A DNA stretch of 36,907 bases from a virus. Taxonomy: Duplodnaviria; Caudoviricetes. The notes beneath the pieces were generated by a model. It had not been told where the DNA came from, ran no database searches, and was given only the letters and a program-made list of their open reading frames with translations. Position 1 is the stretch's first letter. Each line of letters starts with the position of its first letter. The stretch covers positions 1-36,907 of the IMG/VR virus record IMGVR_UViG_3300025451_000030. The stretch is one strand, 5' to 3'. Positions 22,364-31,892 of the stretch are shown in pieces. The translations under genes and the position numbers were made by a program.

Positions 22364-24646
22364 TCACAGCACCCCCATGCGGTGCAGCTCGGCCAGCTGC
22401 GCGGCGTTGCCGGCGGCCACGGCGCGGGCGATGTCTTGCCGCACCTGGGCGGCGTCGGTGCGGCTGTCGACGTTGATGGTGGTCACCGGCGCGTAGGTCA
22501 TGCCAGCCCGGCCGCCGCCAGCCGCCTCAGCGGCGGGCACCACCCGCTCACCCTTGTGCAGCAGGGCGCGGAAGTTGTCGTGCGGCACGTAGTCCATGCC
22601 GGTGGCCAGCGGCGTGGCCACCCGGTCGAAGCGGGCGAAGTCGCCGGTGGAGCCGGTGCCGTCGCCCACAGGCACGCCACCGCCGAACAGGCCTCTCGCC
22701 GCGCCCAGCAGGTTGCCGAACAGGCCGCCGGTGCCGGTGCTGCCCACCAGCTGCGTGGCCAGCGCGTCGGCCAGGTTGCTGGTGACGCGGGTGAACACCG
22801 CATTGCCCAGCGCATCGGCAAAGGCCCGCACGGGGTTCTTGCTGTCCCTGAAGGCGGCGACCAGCGCATCACGCACGCCGGTGTAGGTGTCGCTCACCAG
22901 GGGCTTGGTGGTCTCGGCCGACAGGGCGCTACTTTCAAGCTGCAGGGCGGCCCGCTCGCGCAGCAGGGCCGCCTGGGCCCGCAGCTCGGCGCTGTGCTCG
23001 CTGGTGGTGGCGATGCTTTCCAGCTCGTCAGCCCGGCTGCGCAGGCGGCTGTTCTGCAGCTGGGCGTAGGCCTGGGCGCCCAGGCGCAGCGCCAGGTTCT
23101 GTTCGCGCTGGGCGGCCACCTGGTCCTGCAGGCGCACGGTGTCGGCGCCAATGTCGGCCGCGATCTGTTCGCGGTCTTTCTGCATGTCGGCCTGCAGCTG
23201 GGCTTCACTCTTCTGCAGGGCCAGCTGCTGCTGCTGGCCGTTGATCAGTTCCAGCTGCTGGCGCAGACGCACCTTCTCGGCATCGGTCAGGCTCAGCGTG
23301 CCGTCGCGCAGGCGGATCATCAGATCGAGCGCTTCTTTCTCGGCCGCGCTCAGCTGCTGGCCTTGCAGCAGCTCGGCTTGCTGCTGGGCGCTGCGCACAC
23401 CCAGGCGCTCAAACAGCTTCTGCACCTCGTCGGCGTGGCGCTTGGCAGCGTCGGCGGCGGCCTTGCTGGCGGTGGCGGCGTCATTGCTGAACCGCACCTG
23501 GCCCAGTGGCTCACGGCCGGCCAGCCGGTCGATGCGCGCGTCTTCACGATCCTGGTCGGACCGGCTGATGCTGCCGCCACGTAGGGCTGCGCGGGCCTGC
23601 AGGGCGCGGTCGGTAGCGCCCAGAACGCGCCGCTCGAAGTCGTCGAGCGCGGTGCGGTTCTCGGCCGCGTCTCGCACCATCTGGCGGCGCACCTCAGCCG
23701 CGCCGGCCAAGTTGCCGCTGGCCAGCAGGGCTGCCTGTGCAGCGATGCCGCCGATCTCGGTGCCGACGCCCTTGAACACGAACGCCACGTTGGCACCCAG
23801 CACCAGCAGTGCTTCCATCACCATGCCCAGCCCGCCGATGGCCACGGCCATGACATCGAGCTGCCCGCCCGCCGTCTTGGCACCGCCGGCCAGGTAGTCG
23901 CTGAAGCTGCGGCCAAGGTCGCCCGTCAGGTCGTGCACGTCGATCAGCGTGGGCAGCAGGCCCAGGCCCAGTTCGCGTTTGAGCGCATCGACCCGCGCCC
24001 GGGTGCCCTCCACGCTGTCGTTGTACCGATCGGCCATGGCGGCCTGCTCGGTGGTGACGGTGGCCACCAGCTCACCGGCGCCGGCCAGGTCTTTCATGAA
24101 GGGCAGCAGCCGCGCACCTTCACGCCCCAGCAGCGTCATGGCCACTGCGCTCTTGCCGGTGCCATCCTCGAACCGGCCCATGGCCTGGGCCAGCGCAAGC
24201 AGCTGCTGGTCGCCCTGCAGTTGCCTGAAGGTGTTGAAGTCCAGCCCCAGCGCCTTGACGGCCTGCGCGGCGCCCTTGCTCTCTTCATTGGCCACCGCCA
24301 GGTTCTTGCCCAGCTTGTTGATGGCGCTGCCGATGGCTTCAGCCGACGTGCCGGTGGTGCGGCCCACTTCGGCCATGGCGCTCAGGCCTTCCACCGTCAC
24401 GCCGGTCTGGATGGCCAGGTCGTGCAGGGCTTCGGCCGCGTCGATGCTGTCGGTCACCATCTGCTTGAAGGCGCCCAGCGTCAGCCCGGCGGCAATGCCA
24501 CCCAGCGCACCCTTGACCAGGTCGGCATAGCGCTGCATCTCGCGCGTGGCGTCGCCCACCATGCCCTTGGCTGCGTCCATGTCCTTCTTCAGCCGGGCCA
24601 GGTCGGCCAGCATCTGGATCTCGATTGCGCCTGCCAGTGTGGTCAT
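22364..24646 (-). CDS. Tape measure protein
   Basis: 760 aa, Ala-rich and helical; ATGMDYVP...LHKGERVV C-terminal motif. Confidence 0.9.
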   Translation of the reverse strand: MTTLAGAIEIQMLADLARLKKDMDAAKGMVGDATREMQRYADLVKGALGGIAAGLTLGAFKQMVTDSIDAAEALHDLAIQTGVTVEGLSAMAEVGRTTGTSAEAIGSAINKLGKNLAVANEESKGAAQAVKALGLDFNTFRQLQGDQQLLALAQAMGRFEDGTGKSAVAMTLLGREGARLLPFMKDLAGAGELVATVTTEQAAMADRYNDSVEGTRARVDALKRELGLGLLPTLIDVHDLTGDLGRSFSDYLAGGAKTAGGQLDVMAVAIGGLGMVMEALLVLGANVAFVFKGVGTEIGGIAAQAALLASGNLAGAAEVRRQMVRDAAENRTALDDFERRVLGATDRALQARAALRGGSISRSDQDREDARIDRLAGREPLGQVRFSNDAATASKAAADAAKRHADEVQKLFERLGVRSAQQQAELLQGQQLSAAEKEALDLMIRLRDGTLSLTDAEKVRLRQQLELINGQQQQLALQKSEAQLQADMQKDREQIAADIGADTVRLQDQVAAQREQNLALRLGAQAYAQLQNSRLRSRADELESIATTSEHSAELRAQAALLRERAALQLESSALSAETTKPLVSDTYTGVRDALVAAFRDSKNPVRAFADALGNAVFTRVTSNLADALATQLVGSTGTGGLFGNLLGAARGLFGGGVPVGDGTGSTGDFARFDRVATPLATGMDYVPHDNFRALLHKGERVVPAAEAAGGGRAGMTYAPVTTINVDSRTDAAQVRQDIARAVAAGNAAQLAELHRMGVL

Positions 24647-25014
24647 TGCGGCTTCCCGGCCAGTGTGGCCTTGCGTTGCAGTTCAGCGGCGGTGGCCATG
24701 GCGGCGTCGTCCAGGGCGGTGATGCAGTCCACCTCCCAGCCCGTCAGCTCAGCGCGGTGCAGGCGCTGCCAGGCCTCGATCTCCACCAGCGCGATGGCGC
24801 CGCCCGGCGGCCTGCGGCTCGACAGATCGCAGAAGGCCTGCCACACCTGCGTGGCCGCCGCCGGCGGACGCTGCAGCAGCAGCGCATCGGCCCGGCCAGT
24901 CGACATCGCCGCGCGCTGCAGGTGCTGGCGCAGGGTGAAGCCGTCGGGCTGGGTTTGGGACAGGCGCACCTGGTGCTCCGCGTGTGCGATCAGGCCGGCG
25001 CGGAGCTGCGCATA
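24643..25014 (-). CDS. Tail assembly chaperone extension (gpT-like, -1 frameshift product)
   Basis: The -1 frame is open from the CTTTTTA site to the TMP start; IALVEIEAW...WEVDCITALD. Confidence 0.7.
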   Translation of the reverse strand, partial: YAQLRAGLIAHAEHQVRLSQTQPDGFTLRQHLQRAAMSTGRADALLLQRPPAAATQVWQAFCDLSSRRPPGGAIALVEIEAWQRLHRAELTGWEVDCITALDDAAMATAAELQRKATLAGKPQ

Positions 25015-25418
25015 AAAAGCGCCCGGTCCTGCAGCCCGGCTTGCACCTGGTCACGCAGCCAGCGGCGCTTGGGGTCGGCGTACAGCGCACGCGCGGCGGC
25101 GGGCGTGTAGGGCTGCGCCGCGCCGCGCCAGCCCAGGGTGCAGGCCACCGTCAGCTCCAGGTCGTCAGCGGCGTCGTCTTCGGGGTCGCTGATGTGCATG
25201 TTGCCGGTCTTGGCCAGGTGTGCGCGCAGCCGGCGCTGGCGGTCCAGCACCAGGCGGCGGCGCAGCGGGTGCTCAGGCCCGGCAATCTGCACCACCATGG
25301 CAGTGGTGGCACCTGTCACCGGGTGCTTGATGCGCAGGTCTGCGCTGTCGGCGTCTTCAAACGCCAGGATGTCCAGCGCTTCAGCGGCGGGGTCTTGCGG
25401 CATGGTGGAGTTGGTCAT
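24990..25418 (-). CDS. Tail assembly chaperone (gpG-like)
   Basis: Between tail tube and TMP; HPVTG, CTLGWRG, WLRDQV. Confidence 0.8.
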   Translation of the reverse strand: MTNSTMPQDPAAEALDILAFEDADSADLRIKHPVTGATTAMVVQIAGPEHPLRRRLVLDRQRRLRAHLAKTGNMHISDPEDDAADDLELTVACTLGWRGAAQPYTPAAARALYADPKRRWLRDQVQAGLQDRALFMRSSAPA

Positions 25419-25447
25419 GGGGCTGGGGGTCGTGGTGCGGCAGTCGA

Positions 25448-26662
25448 TCAGGCCGCGGCGCTGTCTTGCACGCTGATGGTGCTGAGGTCGTTGGCAATGC
25501 CGGCCCCGCCGGTGGTGGGCAGCGTTGCGGTGAAGGGATGGGTCTGCACGATGCCGGTCTGGCCGTCGCCTTTGCCGGCGCCGCTCAGGATGACCCGGGG
25601 CAGGGTGAAGCCCACAAAGCCGCTGGCGGCGGTGTTGTCGCTGGTCAGCACCACGATCAGTTCCACCGGGGTTTCGTTAACGAACGCATCGCGCAGCGTG
25701 GCGTCTTCAAAGTACACCGTGGCCTGGCCGCTGACGGTGATGCGGCCCGCAAACCGCGTAAGCAGGGTGTTGCTGCCCACCACCGGGTCAGCGCTGCGGG
25801 CGCTGTCGATGCTGAAGCTCAGGCCAGTGAGCACCGCCACCGCCGTGCCGCCCAGCAGCACCACGCCATTCACGGCCGCGCAGATGCCGCCGGTGGTGAC
25901 TGCGCTGGGGCTGCTGAAATACTGCGACGTGGCGGTGACGATGTCCTTGCCCACCACCGGGATGCTGACGGTGGCTATGCCGGTGGGCGGCAGGCCGATG
26001 TCGACCTTGGTGGGCTGCACGCCGGTGAACACCTCACTCTGCGCCACATCGGCAAACCAGTGCTCGGCCGTGTAACTGATGTTGGTGTGGCCGCTGGTGG
26101 GGGCAAACGTGTCTTTGCCCACCACGGCGCAGGTGGCCGACGCGATTGGGCCCTGGGCGGACAGTGCGCTGCCGTTGAGCACGCGCACCGTCAGCACGGT
26201 GGCCGTCATGCTCTGGATCAGCAGGTTGTTGTTGAGGTTGGCCGGGTTGAAGGCGCCGGCCGTGAGACGCACCACGCGGCCGCGCTTGAAGCCGTCGGTC
26301 AGCCAGCTGCCCGACGCGCGGGTGACGGTGTAGGTGGGGCCGCTGCCGGCGATGGTGATGGACAGGCCAGTGGCCGACACACCGGCGGTGAAATCACGGC
26401 GCAGCGCCGCGCTGATCAGGTCGCTGTAGGCGCCGGGCGACAGCTCGCCGGCCAGCGTGCCTTCAACGCCCCGCACGCCGTGGCGAAAGTCGGCCACTTG
26501 CTGGTCGGGGCGGATCTCGTTGCTCTGGTAGGTCTGCTTGGTCAGGGACAGGTCAGACGTGACGCGCCGCATTAGCTGGGCACCGCTGGCGCCGGCGACG
26601 GTGCCGTAGGTGGATTCGCGCTTGAGCGCAAGGGTTTTGAATACGCCGGCGGCTTGGGGCAT
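25448..26662 (-). CDS. Major tail tube protein
   Basis: KRESTYGT, SNEIRPDQQVADFRHG motifs; start reassigned to MPQAAG (AAGGAG RBS). Confidence 0.85.
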   Translation of the reverse strand: MPQAAGVFKTLALKRESTYGTVAGASGAQLMRRVTSDLSLTKQTYQSNEIRPDQQVADFRHGVRGVEGTLAGELSPGAYSDLISAALRRDFTAGVSATGLSITIAGSGPTYTVTRASGSWLTDGFKRGRVVRLTAGAFNPANLNNNLLIQSMTATVLTVRVLNGSALSAQGPIASATCAVVGKDTFAPTSGHTNISYTAEHWFADVAQSEVFTGVQPTKVDIGLPPTGIATVSIPVVGKDIVTATSQYFSSPSAVTTGGICAAVNGVVLLGGTAVAVLTGLSFSIDSARSADPVVGSNTLLTRFAGRITVSGQATVYFEDATLRDAFVNETPVELIVVLTSDNTAASGFVGFTLPRVILSGAGKGDGQTGIVQTHPFTATLPTTGGAGIANDLSTISVQDSAAA

Positions 26663-26693
26663 GGTGGGCTCCTTCTGGGGGGGTGTGTGGGGG

Positions 26694-27092
26694 TCAGGCC
26701 TCGTGCACCACGAGGAAGTCAAGCGGCTGGAAGAACGCGCCCAGCCCGGCGTCGACCAGGTCGGGCCCGGCCTGGTCAGGCAGGATGGCGATGACTGCGC
26801 CGCCGCCCAGCGCACCGCGCTGGAATTGCAGCGCGGCTGTCACCGCATCGCGCAGCGCTTTCAGCACGCGGTATTCGCTGGCGATCAGGTTGATCTGCAC
26901 GCGGGTCTGTGTGGGGTGCGTGGGGGCCTGGGCGTCCAGCCGGCCCAGGCGCACGCTGCTGATGTGCTCGATCACCAGCGCTGGCAGGCGCTGCCCCTCT
27001 GGCAACTGGCCGGGGTAGATGCGGTCGCCCACCACACCGGTGACGGCGGGCGCTGCGGCCAGCAGGGCGTAGACGGCGGCTTCAGCGCTCAT
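26694..27092 (-). CDS. Tail terminator (DUF3168-like)
   Basis: VGDRIYPGQLPEG...P; synteny. Confidence 0.8.
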   Translation of the reverse strand: MSAEAAVYALLAAAPAVTGVVGDRIYPGQLPEGQRLPALVIEHISSVRLGRLDAQAPTHPTQTRVQINLIASEYRVLKALRDAVTAALQFQRGALGGGAVIAILPDQAGPDLVDAGLGAFFQPLDFLVVHEA

Positions 27093-27649
27093 GCGGGGCC
27101 CTCGTTGGGGTCTGGCACGTCCAGGCCGTGCTTGGTGGCCAGGCGCTGGCGGATGTAGGCGGCCACGGCCTGCAGCGCGGGCTGGGCCTGGGTGTCCATG
27201 GCCGGGCGCAGGTAGGGGCGCGGCTTGGCACCCGGGTGCATGACCGACGACACCGGGTGCCCGCCGGCCAGCAGCAGCTTGCCGCCGGGCGTGGTGGCGG
27301 TGATGCGGTGCGGCTCGGTGCCGTATTCCACCCAGCGGGCGTAGTACGGGTCGCCATTGCCACGCACCTTGCCGCCAGCGCGCACCCGGGCCGTGACGGT
27401 GCCGCGCCGCAGGCTCACGCTGACGCGGATGCTGTCGCGCAGCAGGCCTTCATACCCGCCGTACAGTCGGCGGTTCTCTTCGTTGGGCGGGGCCACGGGC
27501 GCCAGGCGCTTGGCTTCGGCCTGGATCAGCTTGGCGCCGGCCCGCAGCGCACCGCGCATGATGTTGGCTTCGATCTTGGCTGGCAGCGAATCCATGGCCG
27601 CCTGCAGCTCGGCCAGGCCCTTCACCTGCGCCAGGGCGTCACTGCTCAT
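27089..27649 (-). CDS. HK97 gp10-like neck/tail completion protein
   Basis: VKGLAEL, GLLRDSI, YYARWVEYGT, PRPYLRPA. Confidence 0.85.
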   Translation of the reverse strand: MSSDALAQVKGLAELQAAMDSLPAKIEANIMRGALRAGAKLIQAEAKRLAPVAPPNEENRRLYGGYEGLLRDSIRVSVSLRRGTVTARVRAGGKVRGNGDPYYARWVEYGTEPHRITATTPGGKLLLAGGHPVSSVMHPGAKPRPYLRPAMDTQAQPALQAVAAYIRQRLATKHGLDVPDPNEGPA

Positions 27650-27989
27650 GGGCCCACTCCTGGCACGCCAGCTCCAGCCATTGTTGGCGGCCCAGCTCGG
27701 CCACCCCGGTGATCTGCAGCAGCCTGGCGCCGTGGCGCAGGCGGTGGCGGGTGGTCACGTCGTCGCGCCAGCGCATGCGCACCTTGGTGGGCCGGGTGTA
27801 GGCGGCCACGGCCACGGCCTGGCCGGGGTTGCTGCCGGGCTCGGTGCTGCTTTCCAGAACCTGGGCCCACACGGTGTCCAGCGTCGACCAGGTGGACTCA
27901 GGCGATCCGTAGAGGCCTTCGCGCACAACCGTGGCCGCTTCGATCGAAACCTGTCGATCGAGCATGCCGGCGTGGAGTTGGAGTGCCAT
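27639..27989 (-). CDS. Head closure / head-tail adaptor (SPP1 gp16-like)
   Basis: AGMLDRQVSI...VWAQV...MRWRDDV...WLELAC. Confidence 0.85.
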   Translation of the reverse strand: MALQLHAGMLDRQVSIEAATVVREGLYGSPESTWSTLDTVWAQVLESSTEPGSNPGQAVAVAAYTRPTKVRMRWRDDVTTRHRLRHGARLLQITGVAELGRQQWLELACQEWAHEQ

Positions 27990-28001
27990 GCGCGCGCCTG
28001 G

Positions 28002-28562
28002 TCAGTAGTACAGCCGCTGGCGATCCAGCAGGTGGCCCAGGTGCATGGGCAGCGCCACCCCGGTGGCCGATGCGGCCTGCGGGTTGTCGATCCAGTAGGC
28101 CACGCAAGCCTTGATGAACAGCTTGACCGACTCGGCCACGGCATCTGGATCGGTGGCGCCGGTGGTGAGATCGATGCGCACGCGCGGGCCCACGGGTCGG
28201 TCGCCAAGCGTCGGCCAGCTGGTGCCGGTGGCCGGCGCCAGCACAGTGCCAATGCCGTCAGGCGCGAAGACGTAGGCCGACTCGGCCAGCTCGGATGACC
28301 AGGCGGCGCCGTTCCAGTAGCTGACGGCCGCGGCAGTGGCCTGGTTGATCGCCAGCACGTCGGTGGCCGCAGGCCAGTCGACCAGCTCGGTGCGCCAGGT
28401 CTGCTGCATGAACTTCGCGCCGGTCTCTTGCTCGGCCAGCTCACGTGCGGCGGTGATCAAGCCAGGGATCAGCAGGTCCATGCTCGACCCGCTGACGCGC
28501 GCCGCCAGCTTGGCTTCGGCCAGCGTGACGGGCTCGGTGGTGGGGGCGGTGAGCAGGATCAT
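28002..28562 (-). CDS. Head-tail connector (HK97 gp6 / phiE125 gp8-like)
   Basis: EPVTLAEAK...LITAARELAEQETG...QTW. Confidence 0.85.
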   Translation of the reverse strand: MILLTAPTTEPVTLAEAKLAARVSGSSMDLLIPGLITAARELAEQETGAKFMQQTWRTELVDWPAATDVLAINQATAAAVSYWNGAAWSSELAESAYVFAPDGIGTVLAPATGTSWPTLGDRPVGPRVRIDLTTGATDPDAVAESVKLFIKACVAYWIDNPQAASATGVALPMHLGHLLDRQRLYY

Positions 28563-28591
28563 TGCGGGGTGTACCTATGGGGGATGGGACG

Positions 28592-28780
28592 TCAGGCGCT
28601 AGGCTGCGGTGCGGCAATGGCAGCGCGGCGGTTCCAGGCGGCGACGGCCTCGGCGCGGCTGTCGTGGAATGGCGCCTCCAACGCGCAGCCGTGGCACAGG
28701 ACATAGTGATCGCCGTCCATGTCGGTCACTTCGAGGTCATCGCCGCCACAGAACGGGCAGGGTTTCAGTTCGTCAGTCAT
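28592..28780 (-). CDS. Lar-family restriction alleviation zinc-finger protein
   Basis: ELKPCPFCGG...VLCHGC...AVAAWNRRA. Confidence 0.8.
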   Translation of the reverse strand: MTDELKPCPFCGGDDLEVTDMDGDHYVLCHGCALEAPFHDSRAEAVAAWNRRAAIAAPQPSA

Positions 28781-28805
28781 GTGCGTGTACCGGCAGGGTA
28801 TGGGA

Positions 28806-30302
28806 TCAGGCTGCCGGAACCAGCTTGTCCATCGTCACGCACTCCAGCCGGCCGGCGACTACCTCCGCCTGGATTGCGGCGCACAGCGTGTTCAATCGAT
28901 CCGTCTCGATGTCGATTGCTAAGGTCGCAGCGCCTCTGTTTCTGACATGGTGAAACGTCAAGAACGAATCGCAGCCGGTCAATGCAAGCGCCTGAATGCG
29001 CGCAATGATGTCGTTAATGTTCGTGGTTTCAGTCGCGTCGTCGGCTGTGCTGGCGACGCCTTGATAGCTGTGTCCAAGAACCGGGAGGATCAGGTTTGCC
29101 CGGCTATCGCCTGCGTATGCGGCGCTGATGTATTTCGTTGTCGATGCGCCGTTCAAGCGGCCGACCCTGAATCCTGCGCTCCACGCCAAATCCAGGAATG
29201 CTGTGTCGCCCGCCGTGCGCGTGAAAACACCTTGAGGCCATACATAACATTTGGCCCCGTTGTCGTTGGTCAGCCTGTTACTCAGCAAATAATCGCGGTG
29301 CGTCTCCATGTCTGCCAGCGCATCAGCGTCACTGGCCCATCGCGTGAAAATGTTTCCAGTCCCGCCCAGCGGGCCGTGCGGCACGCACATGTTGCCGTCA
29401 TCGACATAGCGCCGCCAATCTGCGAGCGATCCAAAATCGCTGGATGTCCCCACGTAATCCGTGATCAGACAGGCAGTGCTTTTGATGCCATATCGGGCCA
29501 GGATTTGCGCGCCAGCGCCGACCCAATCGCTATAACCGTCGTCGGCCACAATGCACAGACGCGCCCGCCGCTTGCGCAGGCCAACCGTCAACGCCCGCAG
29601 TTTGATGGTGGCAGTCACCCCGTTGGGGATGTTTACCCGCACCTTGGCGATGGTCCAAATCTGCTCAATCGTATCTCTCGAATAGCCGGATTTTGACCAG
29701 TCAGTCGGAGATACCGTGTTGAATTGCCAGCCTGTGTGCGCCCTGGGAAAAATGCCGGATGCCGGCGCAGTCATGGATAGGCCATTTTGCGCAAATTGTG
29801 CGTATCCGGTGTTTGCCAAATAAATGATCGGCTGAATACTGGCGTTGATCGTGTCCGTGCGCCATTCCAACTGCGCCGTGTCAGCAGACAGCGGATTGAA
29901 CGCGGGCACAACGAACTCATACCAGCTGTTCGCGGCCGAACCCGTCAGCGTGGCCCACTCCAGGGCTTCACCGTCCACCACCTCGCGCCCAGCACCGACA
30001 ACCGTGATGCCGGCACCAGGGGTGCGCGTCAACGTCACGCTGCCGTCCGGGCCGAACAGCTTTCGGCTCAGACTCGGGCCGTGGTTCCCAGCATCTGACA
30101 CCACACCTGAGATTGCCACCACCTTCTGCTCAGGCAACTGCGTCGCGTCCACGTCGCTGAACAGGCCAGTGGCCAGCAGTTGCGCGGCTTCGGTGTCGCT
30201 GCGCTGCTCCTGCTGACCTGGAACCCAGGTGCTTTGCTTGCCAGTGGTGGCGAGTTCTGGCCACCGCGTCACGGTGCCGATGTACTTGACGGTCTTGGGC
30301 AT
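28806..30302 (-). CDS. Putative virion-associated protein with C-terminal polysaccharide deacetylase (NodB/CE4-like) domain
   Basis: IVADDGY, MCVPHG, YVWPQG and LTFHHV motifs; AGGAG RBS; directly after the capsid gene; lower GC. Confidence 0.7.
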   Translation of the reverse strand: MPKTVKYIGTVTRWPELATTGKQSTWVPGQQEQRSDTEAAQLLATGLFSDVDATQLPEQKVVAISGVVSDAGNHGPSLSRKLFGPDGSVTLTRTPGAGITVVGAGREVVDGEALEWATLTGSAANSWYEFVVPAFNPLSADTAQLEWRTDTINASIQPIIYLANTGYAQFAQNGLSMTAPASGIFPRAHTGWQFNTVSPTDWSKSGYSRDTIEQIWTIAKVRVNIPNGVTATIKLRALTVGLRKRRARLCIVADDGYSDWVGAGAQILARYGIKSTACLITDYVGTSSDFGSLADWRRYVDDGNMCVPHGPLGGTGNIFTRWASDADALADMETHRDYLLSNRLTNDNGAKCYVWPQGVFTRTAGDTAFLDLAWSAGFRVGRLNGASTTKYISAAYAGDSRANLILPVLGHSYQGVASTADDATETTNINDIIARIQALALTGCDSFLTFHHVRNRGAATLAIDIETDRLNTLCAAIQAEVVAGRLECVTMDKLVPAA

Positions 30303-30422
30303 GTGGTGATGCTCCTGGTGTGAGGCTCAATCGCCTGCACCCGTTGCCGAGCACAAGCGGCTGCGCCTGGTTGGCGCATGGGGCGCTGCAGCAGCCGGTC
30401 GGCCGCCGCAGCGCTTGTGGCA

Positions 30423-31850
30423 TCAGCTGGCCGCGATCTTCAGCAGCTTGATGGCCTGGGTGTTGCGCAGCTTGCCGCCGGTGCGCTTGCGCACGTAGAA
30501 CTTGACGTAGCCCGGCGTGGTGATCTCGTCACGGGTGATGCGCATGCCCACCCGGTCGGCGATCAGGTAGCCCTCGCGGAAGTCACCGAACGCCAGCGGA
30601 AAGGCGGCGGCCGCCACCACCGGCATGTCTTCGGCCTCGGTCACCGGGTAGCCCATGAACATGTCGGGCTGCCCCGCCGTCACCGCCGGCTGCCACAGGT
30701 AGGCGTTGGTCGTGTCCTTGTACTTGCGCAGGGCGGCAAACACCAGCTTGCCACCCACCCAGCGGGCATTGCGGCGGTAGCGGGACCGCAGCGAGTACAC
30801 GACATCTTGCACCGTGTCCAGGCTGGTCGGCATGGCCGATGCCTGGCCGCTGGCGATGTACTGCAGCGTGCCGAACGCGCGGCTGGCGTCGGTCGTGGTC
30901 ACAGGCGTGGGGCCCGCCAGGAAGCCCGTGGGCTTCTTGGTGCCGTTGCCGGCCGTGTACGCTGCGCCCTCCCCCTGGCCGATGGCTTCAGCAGCCGACT
31001 CGATCAGCCAGTTGTCGACGTTGAAGAACAGGTCGTCCAGGCTTTCTTCGGTCGCCTGCGGCTTGGCACTGGCCATGCCGAAGGTGGGCGCCACCTCGGC
31101 CAGGTCGGGCGTGTTGGTCTGGTTGCGCGTGTCACCCTCGCCCACCCACTCGAAGGCGGCGCCGTTCACGTCGAACAGCTCCTTGTAGTCGGTGCTGCCC
31201 ACGGTGCGCACCGTGGCAATCTGGCGGATCGGGCTGATGTCGACCGACAGGCGGGCAATGGCGCGCTCGATGACCTCGGGCAGCGCAAAGCCGCCGGCGG
31301 CACCGGTGGCCGAGCTGGTGGCCGCGGCGCGCATCTCGCGCTCATCCTCGTCCAGCGCCTGTGCCAGCCGGCTGGTGCGCTGGGCGCGGCGCAGTTCACG
31401 CTCAGCACGCTGCAGGGCGCCGCGGCGGTCCACATCGCCTGGCGCCCGCAGCCAAGACGAGAAGGCCGCACGGTGCGCCACTTCTTCGGCGGTCTCGCGC
31501 TGCTCGGGGTCGTTGCCGGTCAGGGCGCCGGGGCGGGCCAGGCGGGTTTCCAGCTTTTCCAGGCGGGCCTTCTGCTCGCTGTAGTCGCTGATGTCCTTCT
31601 CCAGCTTGGCCATCTTGGCGTCCAGGTCGCCGGTGGCGCCGCCCTTCTTCAGCTCAGCCAGGCGCTGGTCGTTGGTGCGCTTGAACTCTTCAAACGCCTC
31701 GTTGATCTTGCCGATGGCTTCGGTGACGGTGGCCAGCGTGGGCGCATCACGGCGCTCCAGCATCGGTGCATGGGCCGCGTGGATCTTGGAGAGGTAGGCC
31801 GCGTGGTGGGCCAGCATGGTGGCCGCCAGGGCCAGGGTCTTGCGGGTCAT
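30423..31850 (-). CDS. Major capsid protein, HK97 family, with N-terminal delta/scaffold domain
   Basis: GGFALPE, SPIRQIATV, WVGE, GNGTKKPTGFL, YLWQP, FGDF. Confidence 0.95.
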   Translation of the reverse strand: MTRKTLALAATMLAHHAAYLSKIHAAHAPMLERRDAPTLATVTEAIGKINEAFEEFKRTNDQRLAELKKGGATGDLDAKMAKLEKDISDYSEQKARLEKLETRLARPGALTGNDPEQRETAEEVAHRAAFSSWLRAPGDVDRRGALQRAERELRRAQRTSRLAQALDEDEREMRAAATSSATGAAGGFALPEVIERAIARLSVDISPIRQIATVRTVGSTDYKELFDVNGAAFEWVGEGDTRNQTNTPDLAEVAPTFGMASAKPQATEESLDDLFFNVDNWLIESAAEAIGQGEGAAYTAGNGTKKPTGFLAGPTPVTTTDASRAFGTLQYIASGQASAMPTSLDTVQDVVYSLRSRYRRNARWVGGKLVFAALRKYKDTTNAYLWQPAVTAGQPDMFMGYPVTEAEDMPVVAAAAFPLAFGDFREGYLIADRVGMRITRDEITTPGYVKFYVRKRTGGKLRNTQAIKLLKIAAS

Positions 31851-31892
31851 GGGGATCGTCCTTCGGGGTGGGTTGGGGTGGGATGCGCTCGC

